Shown: piece after piece, positions 1-12,790 of the stretch
How the letters are laid out: every line of letters starts with the position of its first letter
Numbering within the stretch: the first letter of the stretch is position 1
Assembly (NCBI GenBank): GCA_038087875.1
Contig: CM075998.1
Span: forward strand, 6,264,001 to 6,328,000
Direction: 5' to 3'
Origin: Malacoraja senta
Taxonomy: Eukaryota
DNA: 64,000 bases
Program-made: the position numbers and the translations under genes
The notes under the pieces: generated by a model
Databases searched by the model: none
What the model was told of the DNA's origin: nothing
What the model saw: the letters and a program-made list of their open reading frames with translations, nothing else

Positions 1-190
1 TTCTCCAAGCCAATTAACCTACAAACCTGTACGTCTTTGGAGTGCGGGAGGAAACCGAAGATCTCAGAGAAAACCCACGCAGGTCACGGGGAGAACGTGT
101 AAACTCCGTACAGACAGCAGCCGTAGTCAGGATGGAACCCGGGTCTCTGGTGCTGTGAGGCAGCAACTCTACCGCTGCCCCACCGTGACG
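1..190 (-). mobile_element. HE1-like tRNA-derived SINE (partial)
   Basis: Reverse complement of the SINE head and body seen at 22310-22625. Confidence 0.8.
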
Positions 191-629
191 TCCCTCACAT
201 CATTGTCCACCGTTTGAGAAGACTGGAGATTTTCTCTCAAAAAGGATAGGATTTATTTACTCACTAACAATCCCAATCAGCATTTGTAGAATGTGTTTAA
301 CATGGGAAAGCATCCATGGTGGGCTGAAGGGCCTGTTACTGTGCTGTCGTGCTGCACTCTTCTATCTTCTATCTCAAGATACTTTGCAAGGAAGTCACCA
401 GACCGAATTTGCTGCAGAGCCATATAACGAAATATAAACGGCTGGCGCAGGTTATTCGGCCCTTCAACCCTGCCCTGTCATTTAATGTCATCATTCAATT
501 CAACCCCTATTTCTTGCCCATTCTTCCTATCACTCAATCCCAAAAATCTATCCGTCTCAGCATTGATTTATATCCAATGATTTAGCCTCCATGGTCTTCC
601 TGGGTAGATAGTTTGTCTAGGTACTGATC

Positions 630-1915
630 TAGGGGGTGGCGCAGCAATAGACTTGCTGCCTCACAACGCCAGACCCAGTTTGATCCTGACTAGGGGTGCT
701 GTCTGTACAGTTTGTACGTTCTCTCTGTGACCAATATACATCAATGATTTGGATGAAAGGATTCAAAGTAACATTAGCAAATTTGCAGATGACACAAAGC
801 TGGGTGGCAGTGTGAACTGTGAGGAGGATGCTATGAGAATGCAGGTGACTTGGACAGGTTGGGGGAGTGGGCAGATGCATGGCAGATGCAGTTTAATGTG
901 GATAAATGTGAGGTTATCCACTTTGGTGGCAAAAACAGGAAGGCATTTGATTATCTGAATGGTGTCAAGTTGGGAAAAGGGGAAGTACAACGGGATCTGG
1001 GGGGGTCCTTGTTCATCAGTCTATGAAAGTAAGCATGCAAGTACAGCAGGCAGTGAAGAAAGCGAATGGCATGTTGGCCTTCATAACAAGAGGAGTTGAG
1101 TATAGGAGCAAAGAGGTCTTTCTGCAGTTGTACAGAGCCCTAGTGAGACCACACCTGGAGTATTGTGTGCAGTTTTGGTCTCCAAATTTGAGGAAGGACA
1201 TTCTTGAGGGAGTGCAGCGTAGGTTCACGAGGTTAATTCCCGGGATGGCGGGATTGTCATACATGGATAGAATGGAGCGGCTGGGCTTGTATACTCTGGA
1301 ATTTAGAAGGATGAGAGGATATCTTATTGAAACATATAAGATTATTAAGGGATTGGACACGCTAGAGGCAGGAAACATGTTCCCGATGTTGGGGGAGTCC
1401 AGAACCAGGGGCCACAGTTTAAGAATAAGGAGTAAGCCATTTAGAACGGAGATGAGGAAAAACGTTTTCACCCAGAGAGTTGTGAATCTGTGGAATTCTC
1501 TGCCTCGGAAGGCAGTGGAGGCCGGGTTCTCTGGATGCTTTCAAGGGAGAGTTAGATAGAGCTCTTAAAGATAGCAGAGTCAAGGTAAACGATGAGAAGG
1601 CAGGAACGGGGTACTGATTGTGGACGATCAGCAATGATCACAGTGAATGGCGGTGCTGGCTCGAAGGGCCGAGTGGCCTACTCCTGCACCTATTGTCTAT
1701 TGTCTATTGACCTGCGTGGGTTTTCTCCGGGTGCTCCGGTTTCCTCCCACACTCCAACAACGTACAGGTTTGTAGGTTAATTGGCTTTGGTAAAATTGTA
1801 AATTGTCCCTAGTGTGTGTAGGATAGTGTTAGTGTGCGGGGGGATCGCTGGTCGGCACAGACTCGGTGGGCCGAAGGGCCTGTTTCCGCGCTGGATCTTT
1901 AAACTTAACGAAAGT
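630..1915 (+). mobile_element. HE1-like SINE interrupted by a 5'-truncated CR1 LINE (about 733-1710)
   Basis: SINE halves resume around tgacc; CR1 RT motifs KFADDTKL and [19 protein letters not shown]; (CTATTGT)n tail. Confidence 0.85.
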
Positions 1916-2354
1916 AAATGTTTCAGGTCGGGATCCTTCTTCAGACTAGAGACAGCATCTGTCCCATCTCCTCCGCAGATGTGCCTGACCCGCTGAGTTC
2001 CTCCAGCACTTGTACTATGTCGGAGTAAGAGTCGAGTGATGAGCTGGGGATGGTGTTGTGTCCAGGGTCGACTGAAATGGTGGGGAGATTAAGACGTACC
2101 ACTATCCGTTAATTACTTTGAGGGAGAGCAGATTTTATTTTTCTCATTTTTTATCAATGTTAACTGGTTTACATTGGAAACATTAATATCATATTCTATA
2201 TTTCCAATTTCCATTTTTTCAAATGTCTTTTCATCCGATTTACGACATGCATAGGATTGTAGACTCTTCTAGCACCGCAGGAGACCATTGAGCCCTTCAT
2301 GCCCGTGCTAGCCCTTTTGAGAAAGCGATCCAATGAGGCCCACAGCCCTTCAAT

Positions 2355-2918
2355 GTTGTTTCCTTTATGCATGAGTATAGAAGTTGGGAGGTCATGTTGC
2401 AGTTGTATAAGACGTTGGTGAGGCCGCATTTAGAATATTGTCTTCAGTTCTGGGCACCGAGTTGTAGGAAAGATGTTGTCAAGCTGGAAAGGGTTCAGAG
2501 AAGATTTACGAGGATGTTGCCAGGACTAGAGGGTGTGAGCTACAGGGAGAGGTTGAGTAGGCTGGGATCCTATAGAAGTGTATAAAATCATGAGAGGACT
2601 AGATCGGGTAGTCTCTTGCCCAGAGTAGGGGAATCAAGGACTGGAGGACATACTATAGGTGAAGGGGAAAAGATTTAATAGGAATCTGAGGGGTAACATT
2701 TGCACACAGAGGGTGGTGGGTGTATGGAACAAGCTGCCAGAGGAGGTAGTTGAGGCTGGGACTATCCCAACATTTAAGAAACAGTTAGACAGGTACATGG
2801 ATTGGACAGGTTTGGAGGGATATGGACCAAATGCTGGACTAGTGAAGCTGGGACATGTTGGGCGGTGTGGGCAAGTTGGGCCGAAGGGCCTGTACCACTA
2901 TATGACTCTGTGACTCTA
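2355..2918 (+). mobile_element. CR1-clade LINE 3' fragment
   Basis: [19 protein letters not shown]...TQRVVGVWNKLP; tail GGGCCGAAGGGCCTG shared with the SINE. Confidence 0.85.
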
Positions 2919-3085
2919 TTCAAACAATTCCTGTTTGAAAGTGGTTGATGAATCTCCTTGCACCACCCCATCAGGCAGTACACTCCGCACACTTCAGAAG
3001 GCTCGCGTGTAAACCAGGAAGTGGGGGCTGGGGTGGCATTGACCCTGGCGCTGCCTCTGAGATCTTTGCCCTTTGCTGTCCCCAG

Positions 3086-3196
3086 GTGGCATGCATGCAG
3101 TTCATCAATATCGTGGTCCATTCTGTGGAGGACATGAACTTCCGGGTCCACCTGCAGTTCGAGTTCACCAAGCTGGGCCTGGACGAGTTCCTGGAG
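3086..3196 (+). CDS. FMNL3: FMNL3 exon, FH3 domain ([37 protein letters not shown])
   Basis: ccccag|GTG...GAG|gtgagt; 111 bp, phase 0-0. Confidence 0.95.
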
Positions 3197-3332
3197 GTGA
3201 GTGTGAAGGGGGGGCATTGTACAACAGCGGAACCCAGTGCTGCCAATGTACCCTTAGTCCCGACAGTCCCTTACATTGTCCCACCACCCCAGGCCATTGT
3301 ACAACAGTGCAACCCTGTGCTGCCAATGTACT

Positions 3333-3514
3333 GGAAGGAACTGCAGATGCTGGGTTCAATTGAAGATAGACACAAAATGCTGGAGTAACTCAGCGGGACA
3401 GGCAGCGTCTCTGGAGAGAAGGAATGGGTGACGTTTCAGGTCGAGCCCCTTTCTCAGACTCATCCCTTCTCTCCAGAGATGCTGCCTGACCCGCTGAGTT
3501 GCTCCAGCATCTTC
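3333..3514. mobile_element. Short palindromic Penelope-derived insert
   Basis: Inverted arms of the Penelope terminal repeat; flanked by near-duplicate tg(c/g)caatgtactg. Confidence 0.7.
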
Positions 3515-3836
3515 TGGCAATGTACTGTTAGTCTCGACAGTAAGGAAGGATGGGGGTGGTCCCACCACCCCCACCCTTCCCCCGTGGGCAGGAATATTCA
3601 CGCTTGCTGCTCAGCCCCTCCCACGTTAAATCATGAAGTCTCTCAAAGCTGGTCCATGCCTCCGCTGCCTGTGCCTGCTGCCATTTGTCCTGGCTTGTAG
3701 CTTTCCTGCCCTCTCGTGATCTCCTCAAATGTCCATGATACCTGCAGACGGGTGCATGTTGCCTTTGTGATTCTCAATCCAGAGAGGCTTTGGTGTTCCA
3801 TCGACAGGTCCCTTCAAAACCAAGGTCGGCCGCTGA

Positions 3837-4480
3837 CATTGAAGGGGACTGGGGGGGGGGGGGGGATTGAAAGGGACTGTGGGGGGGATTGAAGGGGACC
3901 GTGAGGGGGGGGGGTTGAAGGGGACGGGGGGGCGGGGGGTTGAAGGGGACGGGGGGGGCGGGGTTGAAAGGGACTGGGGGGGTGATTGAAGGGGACCGTG
4001 AGGGGGTGGGATTGAAGGGGACTGGGGGGGGATTGAAGGGGACCGTGAGGGGGGGTTGAAGGGGACCGTGAGGGGGGGGTTGAAGGGGACCGTGAGGGGG
4101 GGGTTGAAGGGGACCGTGAGGGGGTGGGATTGAAGGGGACTGGGGGGGGATTGAAGGGGACTGGGGGGGGATTGAAGGGGACCGTGAGGGGGGGGATTGA
4201 AGGGGACTGGGGGGGGATTGAAGGGGACCGTGAGGGGGGGGATTGAAGGGGACTGGGGGGGGATTGAAGGGGACCGTGAGGGGGTGGGATTGAAGGGGAC
4301 TGGGGGGGGGGGGGATTGAAGGGGACCATGGGGGGGGGTTGAAGGGGACTGGGGGGGGGATTGAAGGGGACCGTGAGGGGTGGGGATTGAAGGGGACTGG
4401 GGGGGGGATTGAAAGGGACTGGGGGGGATTGAAGGGGACCATGAGGGGGGGGGTTGAAGGGGACTGGGGGGGGGGGGGGT
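3837..4480 (+). repeat. G-rich minisatellite (GATTGAAGGGGAC[TG|CGTGA]GGGGGG)n
   Basis: Units of roughly 21-27 bp in two variants; explains the Pro-rich minus-strand ORFs. Confidence 0.95.
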
Positions 4481-4726
4481 TCGCCGCTGCCTGAAGAAGA
4501 TAGGACTGTTCGATAAACTTTTTGTAACTTGGTCGGCACCAGAAACATGGCGACTCTTCGTTTTGCTGCCCAGGTGAGGTGTGTTGTGTGATTTTACCGG
4601 GTTCGATCCTGACTCCGGGTGCTGTCTGTCCAGAGTTTGTACGTTCTCCCTGTGACTGACCATGTGGGTTTTCTCCGGCTGCTTCGGTTTCCTCCTACAC
4701 TCCAAAGACGTGCAGGTTTGTGGGTT

Positions 4727-5006
4727 GTGTGGGAAGGAACTGCAGACGCCGGTTTAAACCGAAGATAGACACAAAAAGCTGGAGTAACTCAGCGGGACAG
4801 GCAGCATCTGTGGAGAGAATAGAATAGATAGAATAGAATGCCTTTTATTGTCATTCAAACAGCTTGGTTTGAACAAAATTGCATTTTCTACAGTCTTAAT
4901 TTCAGGTCGAGTCTGAAGAAGGGTCTCGACCCTAAACGTCACCCATTCTTTCTCTCCAGAAATGCTGCCTGTCCCACTGAGTTACTCCAGCTTTTTATGT
5001 CTATCT
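4727..5006. mobile_element. Short palindromic Penelope-derived insert within an HE1-like SINE, 14-bp TSD
   Basis: CAGGTTTGTGGGTT at 4713-4726 and 5007-5020; inverted arms. Confidence 0.85.
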
Positions 5007-5892
5007 CAGGTTTGTGGGTTAATTGGCTTGGTATAAATGTAAAATGTCACTCGTGTGTAGGATAGTGTTAGTGCGTGGAGATCGCTGGTCAGTGCGGACT
5101 CGGTGGGCCGAAGGGCCACGAAGAGATAGTTGAGTATCTCTAAACTAGACTGAAGTAAACTACTGTGGCTGCCAAGTCATCTTTGTGTTGTCTGTTAACT
5201 AGCTGTATTGGCTGGATAGATCGGCAGCATTGTCAGTGGGTGGAGGGTCCTGTCCTATTCAAAGCCAGTCCTCTAACACTGGAGCTGCAGTGTGGCTGTG
5301 GTCAATGCAAACGTGAATCTGACCTGGGGAAATAGTGCAGCACTAGAGAGGTGATGCAAGGAACCGCAGATGCTGCCTTACACAAGGAAAAGACACAGAG
5401 TGCTGGAGTACCTCGGCAGGTAGGGCAGCATCTCTGGAGAAGATGGATGGGTGCCATTTGTGTCGGGGGCCCTTCTTCAGACTGATTGGGGTGGCCCTTC
5501 ATGATGTTAAGTCCCTCCCACAAAAGGCAGAGAGCTTGTTTACATTCAAATTCAGACTTGTTTGTCACTTCTCTGTGCAGTCTCCAAAATGAGCCCGAAT
5601 ATGTGGGTGGAAAATTCCCCCCTTTGCTCAGCACAGCTTGGAATCCTTCACATCAGCGTTCCTCACATTCCACACAAGGTCAATGGCCTTGTCAGCCTTC
5701 CACGCTTGCCTTGGGAACGCACAGCAGTTAGAGAAGACTCTCAGCCTGTTACTGCATCCCTGATGTACAGGGAGGAAACTGCAGATGCTGCTTTACACTG
5801 AAGATAGACACAAAGTGCTGGAGTAACTCAGCGGGACAGGCAGCGTCTCTGGAGAGAAGGAATGGGTAATTTTTCGTGTCGAGACCACTGTT

Positions 5893-6612
5893 AGACAATA
5901 GACAATAGACAATAGACAATAGGTGCAGGCGGTGCTTCGAGCCAGCACCGCCATTCACTGTGATCACGCCTGATCATCCACAATCAGTACCCCGTCCCTG
6001 CCTTATCCCCATATCCCTTGACTCCGCTGTCTTTAAGAGCTAAATCTAACTCTCTCTTGTAGGCATCCAGAGAATCGGCCTTCAATGCCTTCTGAGGCAG
6101 AGAATCCCACAGATTCACAACTCTCTGGGTGAAATTTTTTTACCTCATCGCTGTTCTAAATGGCCTACCCCTTATTCTTAATCTGTGGCCCCTAGTTCTG
6201 GACTTCCCCAACATCGGGAACATTTTTCCTGCATCTAGCCTGTCCAATCGCTTAAGAATTTTATATGTTTCAATAAGATTCCCTCTCATCCTTCTAAATT
6301 CCAGAGTGTACAAGCCCAGCCGCTCCATTCTATCAACATATGACAGTCCCGCCATCCCGGGAATTAACCTGGTGAGCCCACTCTGCACTCCCTCAATAGC
6401 AAGAATGTCCTTCCCCAAGTTTGGAGCCCAAAACTGCACACAATACTCCAGGTGTGGTCTCACTAGGGCCCCGTACAACTGCAGAAGGACCTCTTTGCTC
6501 CTATACTCAACTCCTCTTGTTATGAAGGCCAACATGCCACTGGCTTTCTTCACTGCCTGCTGTACCTGCATGCTTACTTTCAGTGACTGATGTACAAGGA
6601 CACCCCAGATCT
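5893..6612 (-). mobile_element. CR1 LINE 3' fragment
   Basis: ORF 6140-6571 ([19 protein letters not shown]); (AGACAAT)n tail. Confidence 0.88.
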
Positions 6613-6727
6613 TCAGACTGAGAGTGAGGGGAGAGGGAGACTACAGGTGTGAAAAGGTGCAGAACAAATCAGAGCCGGCACCGATGACTCCATCCCTGAC
6701 GATGGTCTCAATTGGTTTCCCCCCCAG

Positions 6728-6877
6728 AAATCCAAGAACACGGAGAGCGATAAGCTGCAGGTTCAGATACAGGCCTACCTGGACAACGTGTTTGACGTGG
6801 GCGGTCTACTGGAGGATGCCGAGACCAAGAACGCAGCCTTGGAGAAGGTGGATGAACTGGAAGAACACATGTCGCAC
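6728..6877 (+). CDS. FMNL3: FMNL3 exon ([50 protein letters not shown])
   Basis: cccccag|AAA...CAC|gtgagt; 150 bp, phase 0-0. Confidence 0.95.
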
Positions 6878-7019
6878 GTGAGTGAATGGCCTTCAACCTT
6901 GAACTTTGCTCTCTGACCTATCTCCCATTTTGCGTAGACAGATGGTGGTTTCCAACAATTCAAATCCCACAGGCCTGCAGGCACGAGGTCTCTCCTCTGA
7001 TGTCGCAGTCAATCCCGTT

Positions 7020-7625
7020 TGGCAGGGATGTAACGTTGAGGCTCTGTAAGGTGCTGGTCAGGCCACATTTGGAGTACTGTGCGCAGTTTTGGGCCCCATA
7101 TCTGAGGAAGGATGTGCTGGCTCTGGAGAGGGTCCAGAGGAGAATGATCCCAGGAATGAGTGGGTTAACATATGATGAGCGTTTGTCGGCACTGGGCCTG
7201 TACTCGCTGGAGTTTAGAAGGATGAGGGGGGACCTCATTGAAACAGACCGAATAGTGAAAGGCCTGGATCGAGTGGATGTGGAGAGGATGTTTCCACTAG
7301 TGGGAGAGTCTAGGACTAGAGGTCATTCCCTCAGAATTAAAGGACGTACCTTTTAAGAACGAGATGAGGTGAAATTTCTTTAGTCAGAGGGTGGTGAATC
7401 TGTGGAATACTTTGCCACAGACGGCTGTGGAGGCCATAAGTCAGTGGATATTTTTAAGGCAGAGATAGATAGATTATTGATTCGTACGGGTGTCAGGGGT
7501 TATGGGGAGAAGGCAGGAGAATGGGGTTAGAGGGGAGAGATAGATCAGCCATGATTGAATGGTGGAGTAGACTTGATGGGACGAATGGCCTCATTCTGCT
7601 CCTGTCACTTATGACCTTTTGACCT
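7020..7625 (+). mobile_element. CR1 LINE 3' fragment
   Basis: [20 protein letters not shown]...RTRGHSL; typical 3' tail. Confidence 0.85.
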
Positions 7626-8561
7626 CATGAGATGGTTTGCATTCGATATCTTGTGCCGGCAAGCAGTGGAATAGCAAGAGTTGGTGTGAGGTGGCACTAG
7701 GGTTGGGAACATCATGGATCTGGTTGATGGGCAGGTTTGTGGCCGGTGCTGGAGTCTGCGGTGATTGTTTCCACAAGCTGAAACATGAAAGCCAAAACCA
7801 ACATGGACGTTGTTGCATCCATGGAGGGGTTGACTGCTGAACGTCAATGCCTCCACATCATTGCTGGCTGTCGTGTTCTCTCTATGTCATCCATGAGAAG
7901 TCCATGCCTGCATCCCTAACTGGAGAAGGCAGGAGAATGGGGTGGAGAAGGGGGAGATAGTTCAGCCATGATTGAATGGCGGAGTAGACTTGATGGGCTG
8001 AATGGCCTCATTCTGATCCTATCACTTATGAACTCAGCAATGCGGATGGCGTATTGGGTCCACCATAGGCCGCACTGTGTTCCACTGCAGGATCTTTGTG
8101 GGTGTGATTTAAACACGTGTCTGGAGACGGACCGGCCACCAGTGAGGAAGCCCTGTTGTGGTCACTCCTCCAAGCTTCCAGAAGGCCGGAATGTCTGGAT
8201 TTGTGTTCTTGGCTGAATTGTACCTTGAGCAGTTCGGTGACCCTAGACATAGCAAACCCACGTCGCAAAAATATGTGCACCTTCTGAGAAGGGAACGTGG
8301 CTTTGTCTCAAGTGTGTAGGAAGAAACTGCAGATGCTGGTTTACGCTGAAGATAGGCACAAAGTGCTGGAGTAACTCAGCGGGACAGGCAGCGTCTCTGG
8401 AGAGAAGGAATGGGTGAAAGCTTCGTGCTCCAGTCTGAAGAAGGGTCCCGACCCGTAACGTCACCCATTCCTCCATGTTCTCCAGCGATGCTGCCCGACC
8501 CGCTGAGTTTTGTGTCTGGTCTCACACGTGTCGAAGCTGAAACTCTCATCTTTCCTCCCAG

Positions 8562-8663
8562 TTAGCGGAGAAGCTTCAGGAGCTGGAGAATGAAAACATG
8601 ATGAGGGTGGCAGAACTGGAAAAGCAGTTGCTCTATCAAGATAACGAACTGGAAACGATTAAG
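8562..8663 (+). CDS. FMNL3: FMNL3 exon, coiled coil ([34 protein letters not shown])
   Basis: tttcctcccag|TTA...AAG|gtagga; 102 bp, phase 0-0. Confidence 0.93.
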
Positions 8664-8899
8664 GTAGGATTTGCTGGCTGCGATATGGTTGCCTTTTGCT
8701 TCCAGGGAGGGTAACAGAATTGTATCAAAGTTAGAATGATACACATGGTGGTCTAAGGTATGGCTTGACATATTGTCCCCTTGGTGACACTTTGGGTTGC
8801 ATGTGCTGTCGATGGCTCCAGTCCCTCTGAACATCCAGTCTCCAAAAGCAGGACCTACCAGATTGCTTTGGGCATAGAACATTGTGGAATAGTAAGTTA

Positions 8900-9420
8900 C
8901 CAGGTGCCTGGATCATTGACCTGGAGGCAGGAGTTCAAATCCCACCAAGGGAGCTGGGGAATCTCAATTTAAGAATGAAAAAAGAACATTTAAAAGTTGT
9001 TCTCAGTGGGCAGTGAAACTGCCGAATTATTCTAAAAAAGCGGTCTGATTCATCAATGACCTTCAAGGAAATAAATCTGCCCCCCCTCCCCGCCCCCCTC
9101 CTCACCCAGCTAGCAAATGATTCCAGGCTCGCAAATGTAGCTGGAAGGAATGGCAGATGCTGGTTTACACCGAAGATAGACACAAAATGCTGGAGTAACT
9201 CAGCGGGACAGGCAGCATCTGTGGAGAGAGGGAATGGGTCTCAACCTGAAACGTCACCCATTCCTTCTGTCCAGAGATGCTGTCTGACCCGCTGAGTTAC
9301 TTCAGCATTTTGTGTCTATCTTCGCCAATGTCTCTTGAAAATCTCCTCAGTTCAAGGGGCAAAGAGGGGTGGACTAATTCACTGCCAATGTCAGTACAGT
9401 CCCCACCCTGTGAATGAATA
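8900..9420 (+). mobile_element. Old degraded tRNA-derived SINE interrupted by a Penelope-derived insert (about 9140-9322)
   Basis: B-box-like GAGTTCAAATCCC head; a related degraded copy lies at about 44905-45130. Confidence 0.45.
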
Positions 9421-10019
9421 GCCTGTGACACAGCTCACCGTCATGCAGTCTACAAGCAAGAACTGTCTTTTAATGAATTAGCCACGGATAACCAAAAATA
9501 CGGTGATGTATGCAACACTATTCCTGTAGGATAGTCTAGAACCAGAACCAGAGGGCACAGCCTCAGAATAAAAGGACATACCTTCAGGAAGGAGATGAGG
9601 AGGAATTTCTTTAGAGGGTGGTGAATCTGTGGAATTTAGTGCCACAGATGGCTCTGGAGGCCAAGTCAATGGATATTTTTAAGGCAGAGATAGATAGAGA
9701 GATTCGTGATTAGTACGGGTGTCAGGGTTATGGGGAGAAGGCAGGAGAATGGGGTTGAGAGGGAAAGATAGATCAGCCATGATTGAATGGCAGAGTAGAC
9801 TTGATGGGCCGAATGGCCTAATTCTGTTCCTAGCACTTATGACCTTATGATGAGGTGTTGCTGGGCATAGATGACCTTTATTGTCCATCCCTGATTGGCC
9901 CTGGTGAACCACCTACACTGAGTGGCCTTCTTCTGAATTGCTCCCTTGGTAGCCCATTGAGGAGTGATCTTGGTGAGTGTAGACCATGTGGCTTGCATGG
10001 AACCAGCTACCCGCCAAGC

Positions 10020-10560
10020 TGGTGTGGGTGGGGGTGTGCGGGGGAGGTGGAGGGGGGAGGGGATGGGGGTAATGTGGGTGTGGGAGGGGGTGGGGGTGTG
10101 GGTGGGGGCTGGAGGGGGTGAGGAAGGGGGTGTGGGAGGGGGGTGAAGGGGTGTGGGTGGGGGCTGGAGGGGGTGTGGGTGGGGGTGTGTGAGGGGGATG
10201 TTGTGAGGTGGTGGAGGGGATGGGGGTGCGGGTGGTGTGGGAGGGTGGGGTGGGGATGTGGGAGGGGGGCGGAGGTGGTTTGGGTGGGGGTGTGGGAGGG
10301 TGTGTGTGTGTGGGAGGGGGTGTGTGTGTGGGAGGGGGGTGGAGTGGGTGGGGGTATGGGTGGGGTGGTGGGAGGGGTTTGGTGGGGGTGGGGGTATGGG
10401 TGGGGGGGTGAGAGGGGGTTGGTGGGGGTGGGGGTATGGGTGGGGGGGTGAGAGGGGGTTGGTGGGGGTGGGGGTATGGGTGGGGGGGTGAGAGGGGGTT
10501 GGTGGGGGTGGGGGTATGGGTGGGGGGGTGGGAGGGCGGTGGGGGTGGGGGTGCGGAGCG
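10020..10560 (+). repeat. G/T-rich low-complexity tract with a 40-bp tandem unit
   Basis: GGTGGGGGTGGGGGTATGGGTGGGGGGGTGAGAGGGGGTT repeated at 10381, 10421 and 10461. Confidence 0.95.
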
Positions 10561-10654
10561 GAGGTGTCCTCTGGGAGAGATACAGCAGCTGAAGTAATGG
10601 TTCTGTCCCCAGACTGAGGTTTGCCAGCCATGCTAACCCTTTGTGCCCTGACAG

Positions 10655-10910
10655 GAAACCTACAAAGATGCCAGCAGCCAGGTGCACACGCTGCGGAAGA
10701 TGATCAAGGAGAAGGAGGAGGCTTTCCAGCGGCAGTTTCACCTGGGGAGGCAGATGGCAGGGCTGCAACACGGATTCCTGGCCGACTGTCCGGATGGAGA
10801 CCCTTCTCTGCTGTCTCGCTCTTCCATGGACTTGGAGCTGATTCCAAGCATTCCTCCATCTCCCACGCCCCCAACGCCTCCTCCTCCACCACTGGCCCCA
10901 CCACTACCAG
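10655..10910 (+). CDS. FMNL3: FMNL3 exon, end of coiled coil and start of FH1 ([26 protein letters not shown]...[11 protein letters not shown])
   Basis: ccctgacag|GAA...CCAG|gtaaag; 256 bp, phase 0-1. Confidence 0.92.
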
Positions 10911-11143
10911 GTAAAGATGTCCTGCTACCATTGGCAAGCGGGCAGGTGGGATGCGTGCCCTGAAGCTGCAAGAGGGGTGCTGCTTGTTGGGGCTGAGGTA
11001 GTCCATTCAGCCCCCTTGAGATGTCTGGGTCTCCTATGCATCTCCCGACCCTGCCTGGAGCCGGTGGGAATGGCCAGTAGCTGGGGTGAGGGCACTGGGT
11101 GTGCTGGTATACTGGCACCACAGAAACATGCTAACAGCAACGT

Positions 11144-11417
11144 GGGCGGCACGGTGGCACAGCGGTAGAGTTGCTGCCTCACAGCGCCAGGGACCCAGGT
11201 TCCATCCTGACTACGGATGCTGTGGGTTTTCTCCGGGTGATCCGGTTTCCTCCCACACTCCAAAGACGTACAGGTTTGTAGGTGAATTGGCTTGGTCTAA
11301 GTGTAAATTGTCCCCAGTGGGTGTAGGATGGTGTTAATGTGCGGGGATCGCTGGTCGGCACGGACTCGGGGGGCCGAAGGGCCTGTTTCCGCGCTGTATC
11401 TCCAAACTAAACTAAAC
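11144..11417 (+). mobile_element. HE1-like SINE
   Basis: GGGCGGCACGGTGGCACAGCGGTAGAG head (A box), B-box-like GGTTCCATCC, (AAACT)n tail. Confidence 0.88.
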
Positions 11418-12790
11418 ATTCAGTCCCCTTGAGACTTCCAGGTCTCCTTTGCATCTTCCAATCCTGCCTGAAGCCGGTGGGAAAGGCCCATGGCAGGGGT
11501 GAGGGTACCACAGAAACATGCAATGCGATGGGCAAAGTGGTGGTACTTGGAAGATGAGGAAGCAGGCGAGGCCCAGAGTGTCCTGTGGCTCCTCCTGCCT
11601 GGCAACAAAACTGCTCGTACCCACCTAGCCTCGCCCCCTCTGACCAGACACTGCCAGCATCAATGCATTGCCCTCAGCTCATCCACCGAGAAAATGCCAG
11701 GCACAGCTGAGTGATGGCACTGGCCACAGAATTAATTAGGCTGTTGGTGACCGGGGTCTGGACACCTCACACAGGGGTGAAAGGCCTGGATAGAGTGGAT
11801 GTGGAGAGGATGTTTCCACTGGTGGGAGAGTCCAGGACCAGAGGGCACAGACTCAGAATGAAAGGACGTTCCTTTAGAAAGGAGATGAGGAGGAATTTCT
11901 TCAGCCAGAGGGTGGTGAATCTGTGGGATTCATTGCCACAGACGGCTGTGGAGGCCAAGTCAATGGGTATTTTTAAAGCAGTGATTGATAGATTCTTGAT
12001 TAGTACAGGTGTCAGGGGTTATGGGGAGAAGGCAGGAGAATGGGGTTGAGAGGGAGAGATAGATCAGCGATGATTGAATGGTGGAGTAGACTTGATGGGC
12101 CGAATGGCCTCATTCTGCTCCTAGAACTTATGGACATCAAACTGTTTCGTTTAGTTTCAGTTTTAGAGATACAGCATGGAAATAGGCCCCTCAGCCCACC
12201 GATCACGTCGACCAGCGATCCCCGTACATTAGCACTACCCGATACACACTGGGACAATTAACCCACATACCCACACGTCTTTGGAATGCGGGAGGAAACT
12301 GGAGCACCGGGGAAACCCCACACAGTCACGGGGAGAAGGTACAAACTCAGTGCAGACTGCACCCGTAGTCAAGATGGATCCCGGATCTCTTGTGCGGTGA
12401 CCACTGCGTCACTGGGCCGTCTGTCCTTCAATCTGGTGGTATGTGCTTTCAAGCTCAATATCCGCCCAGGCAGGAAAGGGGACAGAGAATGGCCGTGGGT
12501 GTGAGTGGTCCGTGATTATGTAGGCTGCATTCCCGGAGCAGCGTTAAGTGTAGTTGAACAAGAGACCATTCTGGATAAACGGCAATGTGGAGGTGAACTA
12601 ACATCAGATCAATCCTGATCTTATTAAGTGGTGCAGCAGGCCCGAGGGGCCGAGTGGCCTGCTTCTGTTCCTAATTCAGATGTTTCTACTCCATTCTGTA
12701 TTCGTCCATCAACCACACCAATTTATCCACAACATATGTAACTTTCTTCCACCATCCCTTCACACATAACCTCACACTAGTTGACCTTTA

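Noticed and set aside
3216..3331. Two ~36-bp direct repeats after the first exon
   Set aside because: Ordinary local duplication with no further structure.
3725..4705. 326-aa Pro-rich ORF on the minus strand (and overlapping frames)
   Set aside because: Produced by a stop-free G-rich minisatellite, open in all three frames; not the formin FH1.
9837..10771. Pro/His/Thr-rich minus-strand ORFs
   Set aside because: Low-complexity repeat plus the antisense of a real exon.
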